This document shows, piece after piece, positions 47,117-57,748 of a DNA stretch of 64,000 nt. The notes below the pieces were generated by a model, which worked only from the letters and a program-made list of their open reading frames with translations, was not told the origin of the DNA and searched no databases. The stretch is from Naegleria gruberi. Lineage: Eukaryota. The DNA lies in the NCBI GenBank assembly GCA_000004985.1, contig GG738855.1; one strand, written 5' to 3'. Positions within the stretch are counted from its first letter, which is position 1, and every line of letters begins with the position of its first letter. The position numbers were made by a program, and so were the translations under genes.

Positions 47117-47372
47117 AAAAGGGGAATTTTCTTTGGCCAAACCGTTTGTTATAATGCTGTCTGACTCTGAGCAAATAAACAAACCGGCATTCCACCTCTT
47201 CTATAAGTTATTATTCTTATAAAAAAATTCACCATCCAACCGCTCGCTTACACTGTCGCCTCAATAGACTGCACAAAAACATTAAGCAGCAAACGTAAAC
47301 ATTAAAATTGGATTTTGATAACAATAATAACAATAATAATAATACATCCTATTCAGCTGCTCGACAGGAATT

Positions 47373-49631
47373 ATGTTCCGTCCCTCATCCTTCATAAGAT
47401 CAACAGGATCTCGACAACCCTTGGGAGATTTTTCATCTTCTTCTAATAACTCGACACCAAACACCCCTCCTCCACCTACATCCACTAATGAAACTAATAG
47501 TAATAATAATATTGGAAAATCATTTTTGAGAGGTTCTTCATTTGTTGGAGGATTTACTCAGTCCTTCAACCTTCCTATTAAGAGAACAACAGAAGTAGTG
47601 GAAACAGATAACAATGTCCGAAGAAATAGCGAGGCCACACAACGTCTTCCTTCACCCTCAATAGCAGAAACCATTGAAGTTGATAAAAACCTAGTATCCA
47701 GCATCAAATCATGGGCATTTGAGGGTTCAATTAAGTTACCAGAATGTTTGAATCCAAATTTTAAACCTAAAATACAACCAGAAGAAGAATCAGAAATGAA
47801 AAGATCGGAAAGTGTAGTAATTGATGAAAAAAAGTCTTTTAATGAGCTTTTCGACTCTTTATTCTCATCATCTTCCTTAGAGGAAACAGCAGGAGAAAAA
47901 TCTCCCTCAACAACAGATGATTCTGATGTTGCCTCTCCCCCTAATACACCACCTTCATCAACTAATAGTGTAGGAACACCTCCAAAGGGAGGTTTAAAAT
48001 CTCTTTTATTCGGAAAAAAGTATAAACCAACAACAACAGCAACAGTAAGCAATATTCCTCTGGTTAAGGAAACACCTAAGCCTCTAAATCCATATAGAAT
48101 TGCCCATGTTCCTCTTCGAGATGACCAATTTGGCAGAACAGGGTTTAAATTGGAATTAACAGATTTTCAAATTATAGAAACTTTCAGAGATGTATCTAGA
48201 TATAATAGAAAAAAAGATATTGACGAGCAACGAAGAATGAGAAACCAACTGATGGAAAATTCAAAAAACCAAAATAATGATACTTCAGATTCTGTTCTGG
48301 AAAGAGAGTATGAATACTCGTGCTATAGTTCCCAATCTGATTCCCCTGTTGTGGATAAGAATTCAGAGGAAATATTGAGAAGGAAAAAGTTTATAGAGAA
48401 GGAAATAATGGAAACAGAGATTGGATATGTGAGAAATCTTGTACATTTATTTGAGTATTATTTATTGCCAATTAGGAAAGTTGGTATTCTATCAAAAGAA
48501 AACTATCAGATAGTATTCAAAAACATTAATATGATTCTAGCAATTAATACTACATTGCTTACAGAATTCGAAAAAGCATACTATTCACTAAAACCAAAAG
48601 AGTCGATTGCGTCGATATTCAGTTCTAGAATTCCAGCAATTAAGCTCTATGTAGGATATGTAAATAGTTACCCGAGTGCAATCAAGTGTTTGAATGAAAT
48701 CTTGTCAAAAGATAATAATTTTGATTCATGGGAGAAATCTCAACGAAATACTAAAGTGAACGGAGTTCATTTGTTTCCACTGAGGAGTTTTATTGCGTTA
48801 CCTCTGCAAAGAATTACTAAGTACTACCTCTTATTCAATGATTTGTTGGAAACATTGGATGGTGATGACTATTACTCTCTTAGCGCAGTTATTGATGAAA
48901 TGAAATCCCTGTCCGCTTATTGTATCGAGAAGAAGAATGAATCAGATAATTTGGAAACTCTGTTAGAGTTCCAGAAAAAGCTGAAACTAAAAGAACTGGT
49001 AAGAGGAGATAGAACCTTCCTTAGGGAAGGAGTTGGAAGTGTAGATAATGGTGACACCATAGTTGAGTTATATCTATTCTCAGACCTTTTAGTTTATGTC
49101 ATGTCAAATGAATCGAAACGAGTAGTTAAGGAGGTACCTCTCAAAGCTGGTAATCTTATTGAACTAACCAAAATCTCATCCACAACTGTGATGCTTTCCT
49201 TTCAGAATGAAAAGAGTTATATCACATTTGATTCTGAAGAAGAGCAAAAAGTGTGGTCATCTGCAATCAATGAACAACTCAATTCCAGCTTAACAAAGGC
49301 AAGAATAAGAAGAAGAGGAAATTCAAGCACTCCACTAGAGGAAAAGATTATTTTTGCAGGCTACCTCACAAAATCCAAAGGCTTGAGCAAGAAAACTAGA
49401 TTCCATACATTATCTTCCATGGGAGGTGTAAAATACTATGACAAGCCCAATGGTGACATGAAAGGTTCCTATCAAATCAAGGGAAGTAAGATATTCAAAA
49501 AATCACCTACAACTTTCTTACTCACTGATAGTGATGGTAAATCCTTTTACTATAGCACAGAAAACGACAGTATTGCCTCAACTTGGATCAATCGATTCAT
49601 TGGTTTGGGAGCAGTCATTATGAAACAATAA
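47373..49631 (+). CDS. RhoGEF (Dbl-homology DH domain plus PH domains) with an S/N/T-rich N-terminus, 752 aa
   Basis: The DH domain spans about aa 330-510 (EIGYVRNLVHLFEYYLLPI...LPLQRITKYYLLFNDLLE) and is followed by PH-like modules (IFAGYLTKSKGLSKKTRFHTLSSMGGVKYYDK...WINRF). Confidence 0.8.
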   Translation: MFRPSSFIRSTGSRQPLGDFSSSSNNSTPNTPPPPTSTNETNSNNNIGKSFLRGSSFVGGFTQSFNLPIKRTTEVVETDNNVRRNSEATQRLPSPSIAETIEVDKNLVSSIKSWAFEGSIKLPECLNPNFKPKIQPEEESEMKRSESVVIDEKKSFNELFDSLFSSSSLEETAGEKSPSTTDDSDVASPPNTPPSSTNSVGTPPKGGLKSLLFGKKYKPTTTATVSNIPLVKETPKPLNPYRIAHVPLRDDQFGRTGFKLELTDFQIIETFRDVSRYNRKKDIDEQRRMRNQLMENSKNQNNDTSDSVLEREYEYSCYSSQSDSPVVDKNSEEILRRKKFIEKEIMETEIGYVRNLVHLFEYYLLPIRKVGILSKENYQIVFKNINMILAINTTLLTEFEKAYYSLKPKESIASIFSSRIPAIKLYVGYVNSYPSAIKCLNEILSKDNNFDSWEKSQRNTKVNGVHLFPLRSFIALPLQRITKYYLLFNDLLETLDGDDYYSLSAVIDEMKSLSAYCIEKKNESDNLETLLEFQKKLKLKELVRGDRTFLREGVGSVDNGDTIVELYLFSDLLVYVMSNESKRVVKEVPLKAGNLIELTKISSTTVMLSFQNEKSYITFDSEEEQKVWSSAINEQLNSSLTKARIRRRGNSSTPLEEKIIFAGYLTKSKGLSKKTRFHTLSSMGGVKYYDKPNGDMKGSYQIKGSKIFKKSPTTFLLTDSDGKSFYYSTENDSIASTWINRFIGLGAVIMKQ

Positions 49632-49670
49632 ACTTGTTCAACAATTTATTGGTAAAATCCAATCAAAAAA

Positions 49671-51938
49671 ATGCTTCAAAAATCAACAAGAAGAATTTCA
49701 TCACTTTATGCTGGTTGTGGTCGTATTTCATCAACACCATCATCATCGGGAGTTGTACTCAACACTAATAGTTCAATCAAAATAATTAACCATCAATACA
49801 GATGTTATAATAATCATTTGGCAAAATTAAATCGTCTATCGGAATTATCAAATAATAACAAGAAACAATTTAAAAATCATCGTGATAGACAATATCAACC
49901 AATGGATAACATTGAAACACCAAAGGAAGTAAAGAATGATGTAACTACAGAATCCTATACTAAAATATTGAAAAAGTTCTTCTTAAAGGTTCACCCTGAC
50001 TTTTTCCAACAAGATCCACCAAAACAACAACAAAACAAGGAGTCCTTCTCAAAATTGAACGAACTTTTAAATTGGACTAACGAATATACCCAATTAACAC
50101 TTGATAATAAGAATTTGAATGAAGAGGAAATAGCTGACCTGGAAAAGAGATTGAATAGACTTGGTCCTATTCCAAGCGTTGATGAATCATTTGTTTTCTA
50201 TGTTAAGGAAACTGGAAGACAAAAATCTGAACCATTTAGAATTGAAGTTTTGTTTTCTTTACCAAAGAAGGTTCAATTCAATGGAAAATTAAAGAGTAGA
50301 TTGATTTTAACTCAACGTTTGGAAGAATTAGTAACTTCACTTTTGGAAAAATCAAAAATCATAACTGCTGAGGAAGCTAAAGCAAGAAGAGACATTGCTT
50401 TGGAACAATACAGAGAAATGGAAGAGTCCGTGGGTTCAAAGGGTAAGAAGACCTATAAATCACTGAAAGAAGAGTTACGTATGGCTCTCCAAAATAATTT
50501 ACAAGGAGCAGTCAACCTTGAAAAATTAAGAAGAGGTGAAGAAGATGATGAAGAATGGTGGTGGGATAAAGACTTGCCATCCATTGAACACTTGGTTACA
50601 CACGGCATGCTCTTCTTCTCTAAGAATATTACAGCAGAACAAACCATCAAAGCTATGAATCAATTGAAGAATGGTCTTGGTGAGATGAGATATTATGAAT
50701 GGAGTGATATTCCATTAATGATTACAGAAAAAACTGGCAAGTATGCTGTAAATGATCCTGTTGATGGGTTCATTTGCATTCCTTATGACTTTACTCCATT
50801 CGATTTTGTCAAGGAAATCATTACCAACGAAAAGAACATGACACTCCTCGTTGAAAAACGTGAATTGACAAGAAAAAAGGCCGAAGCTATTCAAAACATT
50901 AGAGAAAAACTTATTGAAGAAGTTGGTTTCTCTGATTTAACCATTTCACCAGAATTGACCTCAGAAGAACTCTATACATTTATTGAAAACTTTGAAAAGA
51001 GATACTTAAGTAATGACAAGATGAAATTGTTACTGAAAGACCTCTGTATCATCATTGATAACAAGTATTCAGCAAGTCCAGATGGATACATTTCAATTCA
51101 TTGGAACTTTATGCACAATGGAAAGGACAATATGTTCGAATTTTTGAAAGATTTAGGAGCTCAAAAAATCAAGAATATCAAAGATATGGGAAGAACTCTC
51201 AGCAATCTTAAGAGAGCATGTGTTTCACTCGGTGAAGAACTCATTGATAAACTTAAATGTAAAGAACTCAATTTGACAACCTATGCCGATTTGAACGAAT
51301 CCAATATGAAACGGTATCAAACTCTCCCAGTTACCCACGAATATATGAAACGATTGAGAGAATGTTGCCTCTTCTTGGAACGTTATGATTGGAGCACACA
51401 TACTTTCTATTTGGTCAATACTTTGGATTTACCTAAAGGTTTCAAACTTCCACTCAAACAAGTTCCTCATGTCAAGACAGAGGCCGATGTTAAGAGTTTA
51501 ATGAGAAGAATGACAATATATGGTGATACTATCATTGATATGGGCGCCAGAGCAGTCTATATTCCTGTAAACTTTACTGAAAATCAATTGTTCGAAACAG
51601 TCAACAAATATTGGAAGATGATTGAAAAACCTCAATTGCAATTGGATGGTGATGATTTTACAGATGTTGTAGATCCTCAAGGATTCCAACAATATAGAAA
51701 TTTGGCCTCTGAACTCGTCAAACAAGCTGAGTTTATGCTGACAAAGAAGAGAGCAGAAAGATATCAACAATTGGCTGAATTCCTCAACAGTCTTGAAGAT
51801 CAACAATTGTATGGTAAGGGTGCCAATAGTATTATGGAAGCAGCACTAGATAGACAAGAAGATGAAAGATATATCAATCTGTATCGTACTTGGTTCAGAA
51901 TTAGAGATATTCCATTAGATGTTTTTGAAACTCAATAA
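49671..51938 (+). CDS. Protein with an N-terminal presequence-like region and a degenerate J-domain-like motif (KVHPDFF), 755 aa
   Basis: ATG-initiated ORF. The Ser/Arg-rich N-terminus lacks acidic residues. The segment SYTKILKKFFLKVHPDFFQQD...SFSKLNELL resembles a J-domain helix II-III with an HPD tripeptide. The rest is helical and K/E-rich. Confidence 0.45.
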   Translation: MLQKSTRRISSLYAGCGRISSTPSSSGVVLNTNSSIKIINHQYRCYNNHLAKLNRLSELSNNNKKQFKNHRDRQYQPMDNIETPKEVKNDVTTESYTKILKKFFLKVHPDFFQQDPPKQQQNKESFSKLNELLNWTNEYTQLTLDNKNLNEEEIADLEKRLNRLGPIPSVDESFVFYVKETGRQKSEPFRIEVLFSLPKKVQFNGKLKSRLILTQRLEELVTSLLEKSKIITAEEAKARRDIALEQYREMEESVGSKGKKTYKSLKEELRMALQNNLQGAVNLEKLRRGEEDDEEWWWDKDLPSIEHLVTHGMLFFSKNITAEQTIKAMNQLKNGLGEMRYYEWSDIPLMITEKTGKYAVNDPVDGFICIPYDFTPFDFVKEIITNEKNMTLLVEKRELTRKKAEAIQNIREKLIEEVGFSDLTISPELTSEELYTFIENFEKRYLSNDKMKLLLKDLCIIIDNKYSASPDGYISIHWNFMHNGKDNMFEFLKDLGAQKIKNIKDMGRTLSNLKRACVSLGEELIDKLKCKELNLTTYADLNESNMKRYQTLPVTHEYMKRLRECCLFLERYDWSTHTFYLVNTLDLPKGFKLPLKQVPHVKTEADVKSLMRRMTIYGDTIIDMGARAVYIPVNFTENQLFETVNKYWKMIEKPQLQLDGDDFTDVVDPQGFQQYRNLASELVKQAEFMLTKKRAERYQQLAEFLNSLEDQQLYGKGANSIMEAALDRQEDERYINLYRTWFRIRDIPLDVFETQ

Positions 51939-51944
51939 ATATAT

Positions 51945-54182
51945 TTATTTCACCAAGTCCAAATAGTTTCCAGAATTATTATCAATATACTTGACCGAAC
52001 AAGACAAACAAGGAAGCAAAATTAAGGGAAGAGGAAGCAAAAACAATGTGGCAAACCCAAAAGAGTACTGTTCTGGATAAGCAATGATAATGGCATGATG
52101 AACGAATAAACAAATCAGACTACACAGTACGGTAATGTACATGTTAATGTACAAACAACGTTTGGTTTTCGAATAGAGAGCTCTACACTCCAAGCAACAC
52201 CACAAAAAGGCAATAAATATCGTTCCAGCAAACAAGAGAAACTCTACTACAAATAGTGGAATCATAGCCACTGCCCAATCAATCTCTGACTCAATAGAAA
52301 ATTGATGAGTAATCATGATTGAACACAGCATACTATAACAAAATGCCACTATTAAAATGATAGAGTTGCAAGTAGAAGTGAGCTTGGAAATCACTGTTCT
52401 GAATTTGATACTTCTCACAATCAACCAAATAAAACAATAAATCAGCATGATTGTCGAAAGTCCACCAAAAACGGCAAACAAATACCATGGAGATTGACTG
52501 AATTGAGAATGAGGCAGACACAAGTACAAATTCCACACAAGTGCAAAAACAATTCCACAAATAGATAAGAGTAACAATCCAATACATGACATGACACTAT
52601 CAAAAAACATCTTCCTCAAACTCAAGATATTCCTCTGTTTTTCCCTTCTCTTACTGTTATTCCTGAGCGCAATTCCAAGTTTCCTCGCTGAAAGTCTCAA
52701 CTCTATTATGGACGATACGAGAATATTAATCATTCCACAATAGAGTGGAAAGAATACCACAATCCAACTCCACTCATTCTCATAATCAATACCAACATTC
52801 ATCAACACTCCCTTAATGGAGAATCCCAATATGAAACATGTGAAAAAGATGTAAACCAAGGGTGCAGAAAATACAAAGTGAATAGAAGATAGCCCCTCAA
52901 TGTCATCCAAAATGAGTTGCTCTGATAGTGGAATAGTTGTGAAACGATCTGATTTTTTCTTTTCAATCTTTCTAAATATGTCAATTCCAAATTGTTTGAC
53001 TTTCTTTTCAGTTTTCAAACATTCACAATAACAATCCTTCTCGAAAATAATATCATTCACTCCCTCAATTGTTACCGATTTGTACTTTTTAAACATAGAT
53101 GGAGGTATCTGAACAGTTGATTCCTCGCTATCACAATCTGATTCATTAATTAGTGTCAATATTTCCATTTCTTCCTCTTCAGAAACATATTCTTCTGAGG
53201 TAAGAGTTTCTGATAATTGATGATCAATCAGAGCAGTTTGGCTAGCACCACTATTATTCGAAAACTCATCCATTTCAATTGAAATTACCTCCTGATGGTT
53301 TCTCTCACCACGTGGAGATTCAATATCCTCAATAAATTCCATAATTTTTGGTGGTGAAAAACATGAATTTTCTATTTTACAAACTCCTCCCAAGTCCAAT
53401 AGAGAAGGTTTCGTATTCACCTTCTTTCCATTCGACATTAAATAATTTAAATGATATTGACCTAAATTTCCACCCTTCTTCCTATTGAAAAAGTAATTCT
53501 TAACTGCCAATATTCTTCTCTTTACAACTTTTTCCTGCACATAAATATCAAAATCCTTAAAGTATAATAATTTCAATTCTCGTATCTTGATTTGATATAA
53601 TCTATTCCAAAAACGTTGTTCTCTATCCAGAAAATTGTACCACATTGAACAAGTATGTGATAAATTGACCATTGTCAAAGAATCATCCAAAAACTCTGAA
53701 ATAATCATCAAAATATCATTTGCAATAATATTCTCAAAATTATGCCATTCAACAGGTTTCAATCGTTGATTATTATTACGATGACGATGATGATGATGAT
53801 TTGCACCATCCAATATAATTGTTCCTTCCTCCTCCGAATCATCATTTCTATTTTCCATTATTATTGTTGTGGTGGTGTTGTGATTGTTGTTGTTATATGA
53901 AGAACTGAGGGCGTGAAAAATTCTGGCAATTGGTGATTTGGTATTGGTTCGTTGTTGATTGTTTATAATGGGAGAAGGTGGCTGGTCAGTTTGGATTGTG
54001 ATATGTTCTTCATCAACATCATGTCTTTCCATCAATAATTGATTACGAGATTGACTAACATGAGTAGTGACAGGTATTGGTGAGTCATCTTCGGAGAGGA
54101 GAGATTCAGAGTTTGCAAAACCAATTTCCGAAGTTTGAATTTGATGGTTGGATTTATTGGTGGATGATCGTTTTCTAGTCAT
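51945..54182 (-). CDS. F-box-like domain fused to a polytopic (at least 8 TM) membrane domain, 745 aa
   Basis: ATG-initiated ORF. An F-box-like motif (ANDILMIISEFLDDSLTMVNLSHTCSMWYNFLDREQRFW) lies about 150 aa from the N-terminus after His- and Asn-rich low-complexity sequence. The C-terminal 330 aa consist of consecutive hydrophobic helices. Confidence 0.5.
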   Translation of the reverse strand: MTRKRSSTNKSNHQIQTSEIGFANSESLLSEDDSPIPVTTHVSQSRNQLLMERHDVDEEHITIQTDQPPSPIINNQQRTNTKSPIARIFHALSSSYNNNNHNTTTTIIMENRNDDSEEEGTIILDGANHHHHRHRNNNQRLKPVEWHNFENIIANDILMIISEFLDDSLTMVNLSHTCSMWYNFLDREQRFWNRLYQIKIRELKLLYFKDFDIYVQEKVVKRRILAVKNYFFNRKKGGNLGQYHLNYLMSNGKKVNTKPSLLDLGGVCKIENSCFSPPKIMEFIEDIESPRGERNHQEVISIEMDEFSNNSGASQTALIDHQLSETLTSEEYVSEEEEMEILTLINESDCDSEESTVQIPPSMFKKYKSVTIEGVNDIIFEKDCYCECLKTEKKVKQFGIDIFRKIEKKKSDRFTTIPLSEQLILDDIEGLSSIHFVFSAPLVYIFFTCFILGFSIKGVLMNVGIDYENEWSWIVVFFPLYCGMINILVSSIIELRLSARKLGIALRNNSKRREKQRNILSLRKMFFDSVMSCIGLLLLSICGIVFALVWNLYLCLPHSQFSQSPWYLFAVFGGLSTIMLIYCFIWLIVRSIKFRTVISKLTSTCNSIILIVAFCYSMLCSIMITHQFSIESEIDWAVAMIPLFVVEFLLFAGTIFIAFLWCCLECRALYSKTKRCLYINMYITVLCSLICLFVHHAIIIAYPEQYSFGFATLFLLPLPLILLPCLSCSVKYIDNNSGNYLDLVK

Positions 54183-54325
54183 TTTTTTAATGTCGTTTCC
54201 ACCGAGATGACAAATGAAAACTTGTTTTAAAAGATGTTTGGTTGACCTCAGTTTTATGAACCAAATTATGAACTTCTTAACATCATAACTATTTGTATTC
54301 TTAATTTTGTAAACAAGTTCTTTGA

Positions 54326-55609
54326 TTGAATTTAAAAAAAATGCTCAAACGTTTCAACAAATTTCCTCTCAAAATGATCATCTTGCCCTCTGGATACACA
54401 CCTACGCTCCGACAATCACATTCCAATCAAAATGTTGAAAACAACTCCTCCTCCTACCTCAACAATCTTCAAAATATGATCAATGAGGCTTGTTATTCAG
54501 ATGTTGTTGGATCCTATCTCAAAACTGAATTGGTGGATGCCTACATGCAAAAGAATCCCTTCCCAAATAATCAATCAATAATGGAGGAGGGAGTCACACG
54601 TTTAGGATATCTTTTGAAATATTCCAATGACAATGTTAAGAGAAATAAGAATCTTGTTAGTTCTGCTTTGAATGATGAATATCAAAATGAGGTGTTTGAA
54701 TTTTCACATGAATCACTGCGATGTGACAAGTCATTTATTATTGAGAATGTCATTGGAAAGTGTCATGTAATATTACCTTACTTGTGTGATGAATTAAAAA
54801 GAGACAAGGAATTAATCTTGAAAATTATAGAAAGAAATTGTCGTGACTTGTACTATGCCCCTGATGAATTGAAAAGTGACAGGGATATTATTGCAATGGC
54901 AGGTAGAACGAATTTGATGGTCGCTTATGAAAATGGTTCCAAAGAAATACAGCAAGACAGAGAATTCTGGAAGGATTTAATGTCATCAAAATGTTGCAGT
55001 TTTGTTTTTGGAATCCCATTTCCCTTAAATAACGATTTGGAGATGATGAATATTGCTGTGGAGCGTAATTCATTTTTTGCAATTAGTTCAACTTCGAATG
55101 AATTAAGAAATGATCGAGAGCTCATATTAAAAGCAGTGAAATTGGATGGATGGGCTCTCAAGTGGGCATCTGTTGAATTGCAAGATGATTTTGAGATTGT
55201 TTTGGAAGCTGTTAAATGTACTGGGCTTGCTTTTGAGTATGCTTCTGAAAAATTGAGAAATAATGAGATTATTACAATGGAGGCAGTGAAAACATATCCA
55301 AATGCACTATATCATACTCCAACATTGTATGATAATTGGCAGATTGTCATGACAGCTGTCAAAGTGAATGGATGGGCTCTCAAGTGGGCGTCTGATAAAT
55401 TACAAGGAGATTTTGAAATTGCTTTGGAAGCTGTCAAATCAAATGGTGAAGCTCTCCAGTTTGCATCTAAGGAATTGAGAAGTAATAAGATGATTGTAAT
55501 GGAGGCAGTAAAACAGAATGAATTTTCCATCAGATTTGCTTCTGAAGAGCTTCAAAATGATAGTGAAGTTGTAGCTGCTTCTAGAAAATACAGAATATCT
55601 AAAATGTGA
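54326..55609 (+). CDS. DUF4116-repeat protein (at least 7 tandem roughly 36-aa repeats), about 420 aa
   Basis: The C-terminal two-thirds consist of tandem repeats of the form ELRNDRELILKAVKLDGWALKWASVELQDDFEIVLEAVK / ALEAVKSNGEALQFASKELRSNKMIVMEAVKQN. These match the DUF4116 repeat consensus (AV.xNG.AL.YAS.EL+.D.E.VL.AV). The first ATG is near 54341, and the track start is a TTG. Confidence 0.7.
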   Translation: MNLKKMLKRFNKFPLKMIILPSGYTPTLRQSHSNQNVENNSSSYLNNLQNMINEACYSDVVGSYLKTELVDAYMQKNPFPNNQSIMEEGVTRLGYLLKYSNDNVKRNKNLVSSALNDEYQNEVFEFSHESLRCDKSFIIENVIGKCHVILPYLCDELKRDKELILKIIERNCRDLYYAPDELKSDRDIIAMAGRTNLMVAYENGSKEIQQDREFWKDLMSSKCCSFVFGIPFPLNNDLEMMNIAVERNSFFAISSTSNELRNDRELILKAVKLDGWALKWASVELQDDFEIVLEAVKCTGLAFEYASEKLRNNEIITMEAVKTYPNALYHTPTLYDNWQIVMTAVKVNGWALKWASDKLQGDFEIALEAVKSNGEALQFASKELRSNKMIVMEAVKQNEFSIRFASEELQNDSEVVAASRKYRISKM

Positions 55610-55899
55610 AATTAACTCAAAAAATACCATGTTTCATCCAATCTCAGTTAGAGTTTGTTGCATCCTTTTTGGAATCTTCCTCTACATTTACACAAGAGAG
55701 TTGTTTGTGATTAATAATGAATTTGATGATTTATTGGCGGAAGATCGTTTTCTTGTCATTTCTTTAATATCGTTTCTGTGACAAGTGAAATCTTCAAAAG
55801 ATGTTTGGCTGATGGTTATTATTGGTTACCAAATCATAACATCCTTTAAAATAATTATTCCTCTTTGTGAACTATTCAATTAAACTAAAGTATTCAAAA

Positions 55900-56811
55900 T
55901 TAGTCCAATTCAAATTTGTAATCGAGATCAGGACGTCTTTCTGAAATGTCACCCTCAAATTTAAGCAATTGTTTTTTGACTGACGTCTTTTTATCCAAAG
56001 GTTGATATCTTTGATAAGCTCCAATTCTCAAATCTTGTGAAACATATGATGGCTCATTATAGTCATTCTTTGGAACAATTAGAGGTGCCTTATTACTCGA
56101 CTTCAAATATCTTTGTTGAATGGATTGAGTCGTTTCTTGTCTTTCATTTTCAACAGTTTGATTATTAGACATCTTTTTCAATTGATCCTGTTCAAATTCC
56201 TTTAATTGTCTTCCGACCAACTTTAAATGAGATCTACGCATAGCTTGATACTCAATTGGAAGAGGCTTCCTTTCAGAATCCAAATCTTTCAACATTGTTT
56301 GTCTATCAGCAGAAGGAGCTGCCATAACTAATGGTGAACGACCTGTTGGTATATTTGTAAATAATTCCTCAGTTCCCTCTGCATAGAATCTATTGTAAGG
56401 TCTCCACGATACAAATGACCTAGTATGTTTTGAATCCTCATCCTCATCATCAATTCCTCTAACTGCTTTATCAATTTCATCACTCAAAAACATGGCACTT
56501 CTCAAAACTCTCAAATCAGTAACCTTTCCTCCAGTATCTCTGAAGAAATCTTCCAGTGCTCTTTTCTGTTTCTCTCTATTGGTTATTCTCCTCTCCAAGG
56601 CTTGTTGCTCTGCAGATTTTGCAAAGAGTGATTCCGAACTTGTAAGTGCTGGACTTCCAATAATTACTCTCTTTACATGTTCCGAAAGTAAATGTCTCAA
56701 GAAACGATAGGAAAGCAAACTGACAAGCGATGCTATCAGTGATATCTATTAAATGATTGCAATTTTAATTATCTTTCCGATTAATAATATACTTACAAGT
56801 GATGATCCCAT
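55900..56811 (-). CDS. Uncharacterized protein; proposed 2 exons complement(join(55900..56745,56797..56811)), about 287 aa
   Basis: The main ORF has no ATG for its first roughly 130 codons. An upstream 5-codon mini-exon (ATG GGA TCA TCA CTT) with a GTAAGT donor joins in frame via a TTTAATAG acceptor, giving MGSSL|ISLIASLVSLLSYRF... with a hydrophobic N-terminus. The mini-exon model is speculative. Confidence 0.4.
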
Positions 56812-56994
56812 CTAGATAATATCCTCAAATAAATATTAAATTTCCAAAATAATTGTTTAATTCACTCTCCTATTTTAATTTAGAGTTTTTGAAAATGGAA
56901 GTGAAGAAGGAAATAATGCTGATGAAGGATGAAGGGATGAAGGTTGCTCTATTTTTTAAATTTAAAATCTTTTAATAAACAAATTATTAAAAAA

Positions 56995-57572
56995 ATGTCG
57001 GAAAGTGAATCATTAAATTCCATCACCACAAATGATGATCAGCAGCAAATAGTTGTAACAGAGGAAGGGAAGAGTGAAATAAACGAGGAAATTGAAACTT
57101 TGGGAGAAGGAGAAAATAATAGACCATCACCACTTATACCTAAAGAATTAGTTTTTGATTCTAAATTGATACAATATATTTCCGAGTATAGAGATGAAAT
57201 TAAGATGAAGCCGAGATGTGATTTGTTGGAGTGTGAAGCTAAATCATTGGAAGTTTTAATTAATGATCAAGGATTTAAGTATGTGACGAGAAAAATGATG
57301 GGAAAAGAACATTTGGAAGAAGCTTTTTTCATTGAATTTTTAGAAAGCTATTGCTTAGGTAGGTATTATTTATTGAGTGCATTTGATAAAATTCGAATAT
57401 TTGAACTCTTTCAGATTATTACAATTTCATAAATACGGGAGAGGAATTAAATCATGATGAAGAGGAAATTCAAACCCCTGAAGAGGATACATCATCATCA
57501 ACTACAAAAGTACAATCCAATGTTGTGATTGAAGAGTTGACCAATACTGAAGATCTGAAACAAAATGAATAA
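56995..57572 (+). CDS. Small acidic protein; 2 exons join(56995..57358,57415..57572), about 173 aa
   Basis: ATG at 56995 (MSESESLNS...). The ORF reaches a GTAGGT donor at 57359. The CTCTTTCAG acceptor ending at 57414 continues in phase 1 into a DE-rich C-terminal exon ending NE* at 57572. No family is recognised. Confidence 0.45.
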
Positions 57573-57748
57573 TATTCAAATAAACACTATTATTCATTCC
57601 AAAAAAAATCACCATCCACTCAATTCCATTATTTATTTAATTAATTTATGATATTAATTCCTCTCAGTGGTAGATTAATTCCTAAATGAAATTTAAAAAG
57701 AAAGAGAAAACTGGTTGAATCAAAAAAGAAATAAAGTTTTATTAAAAA

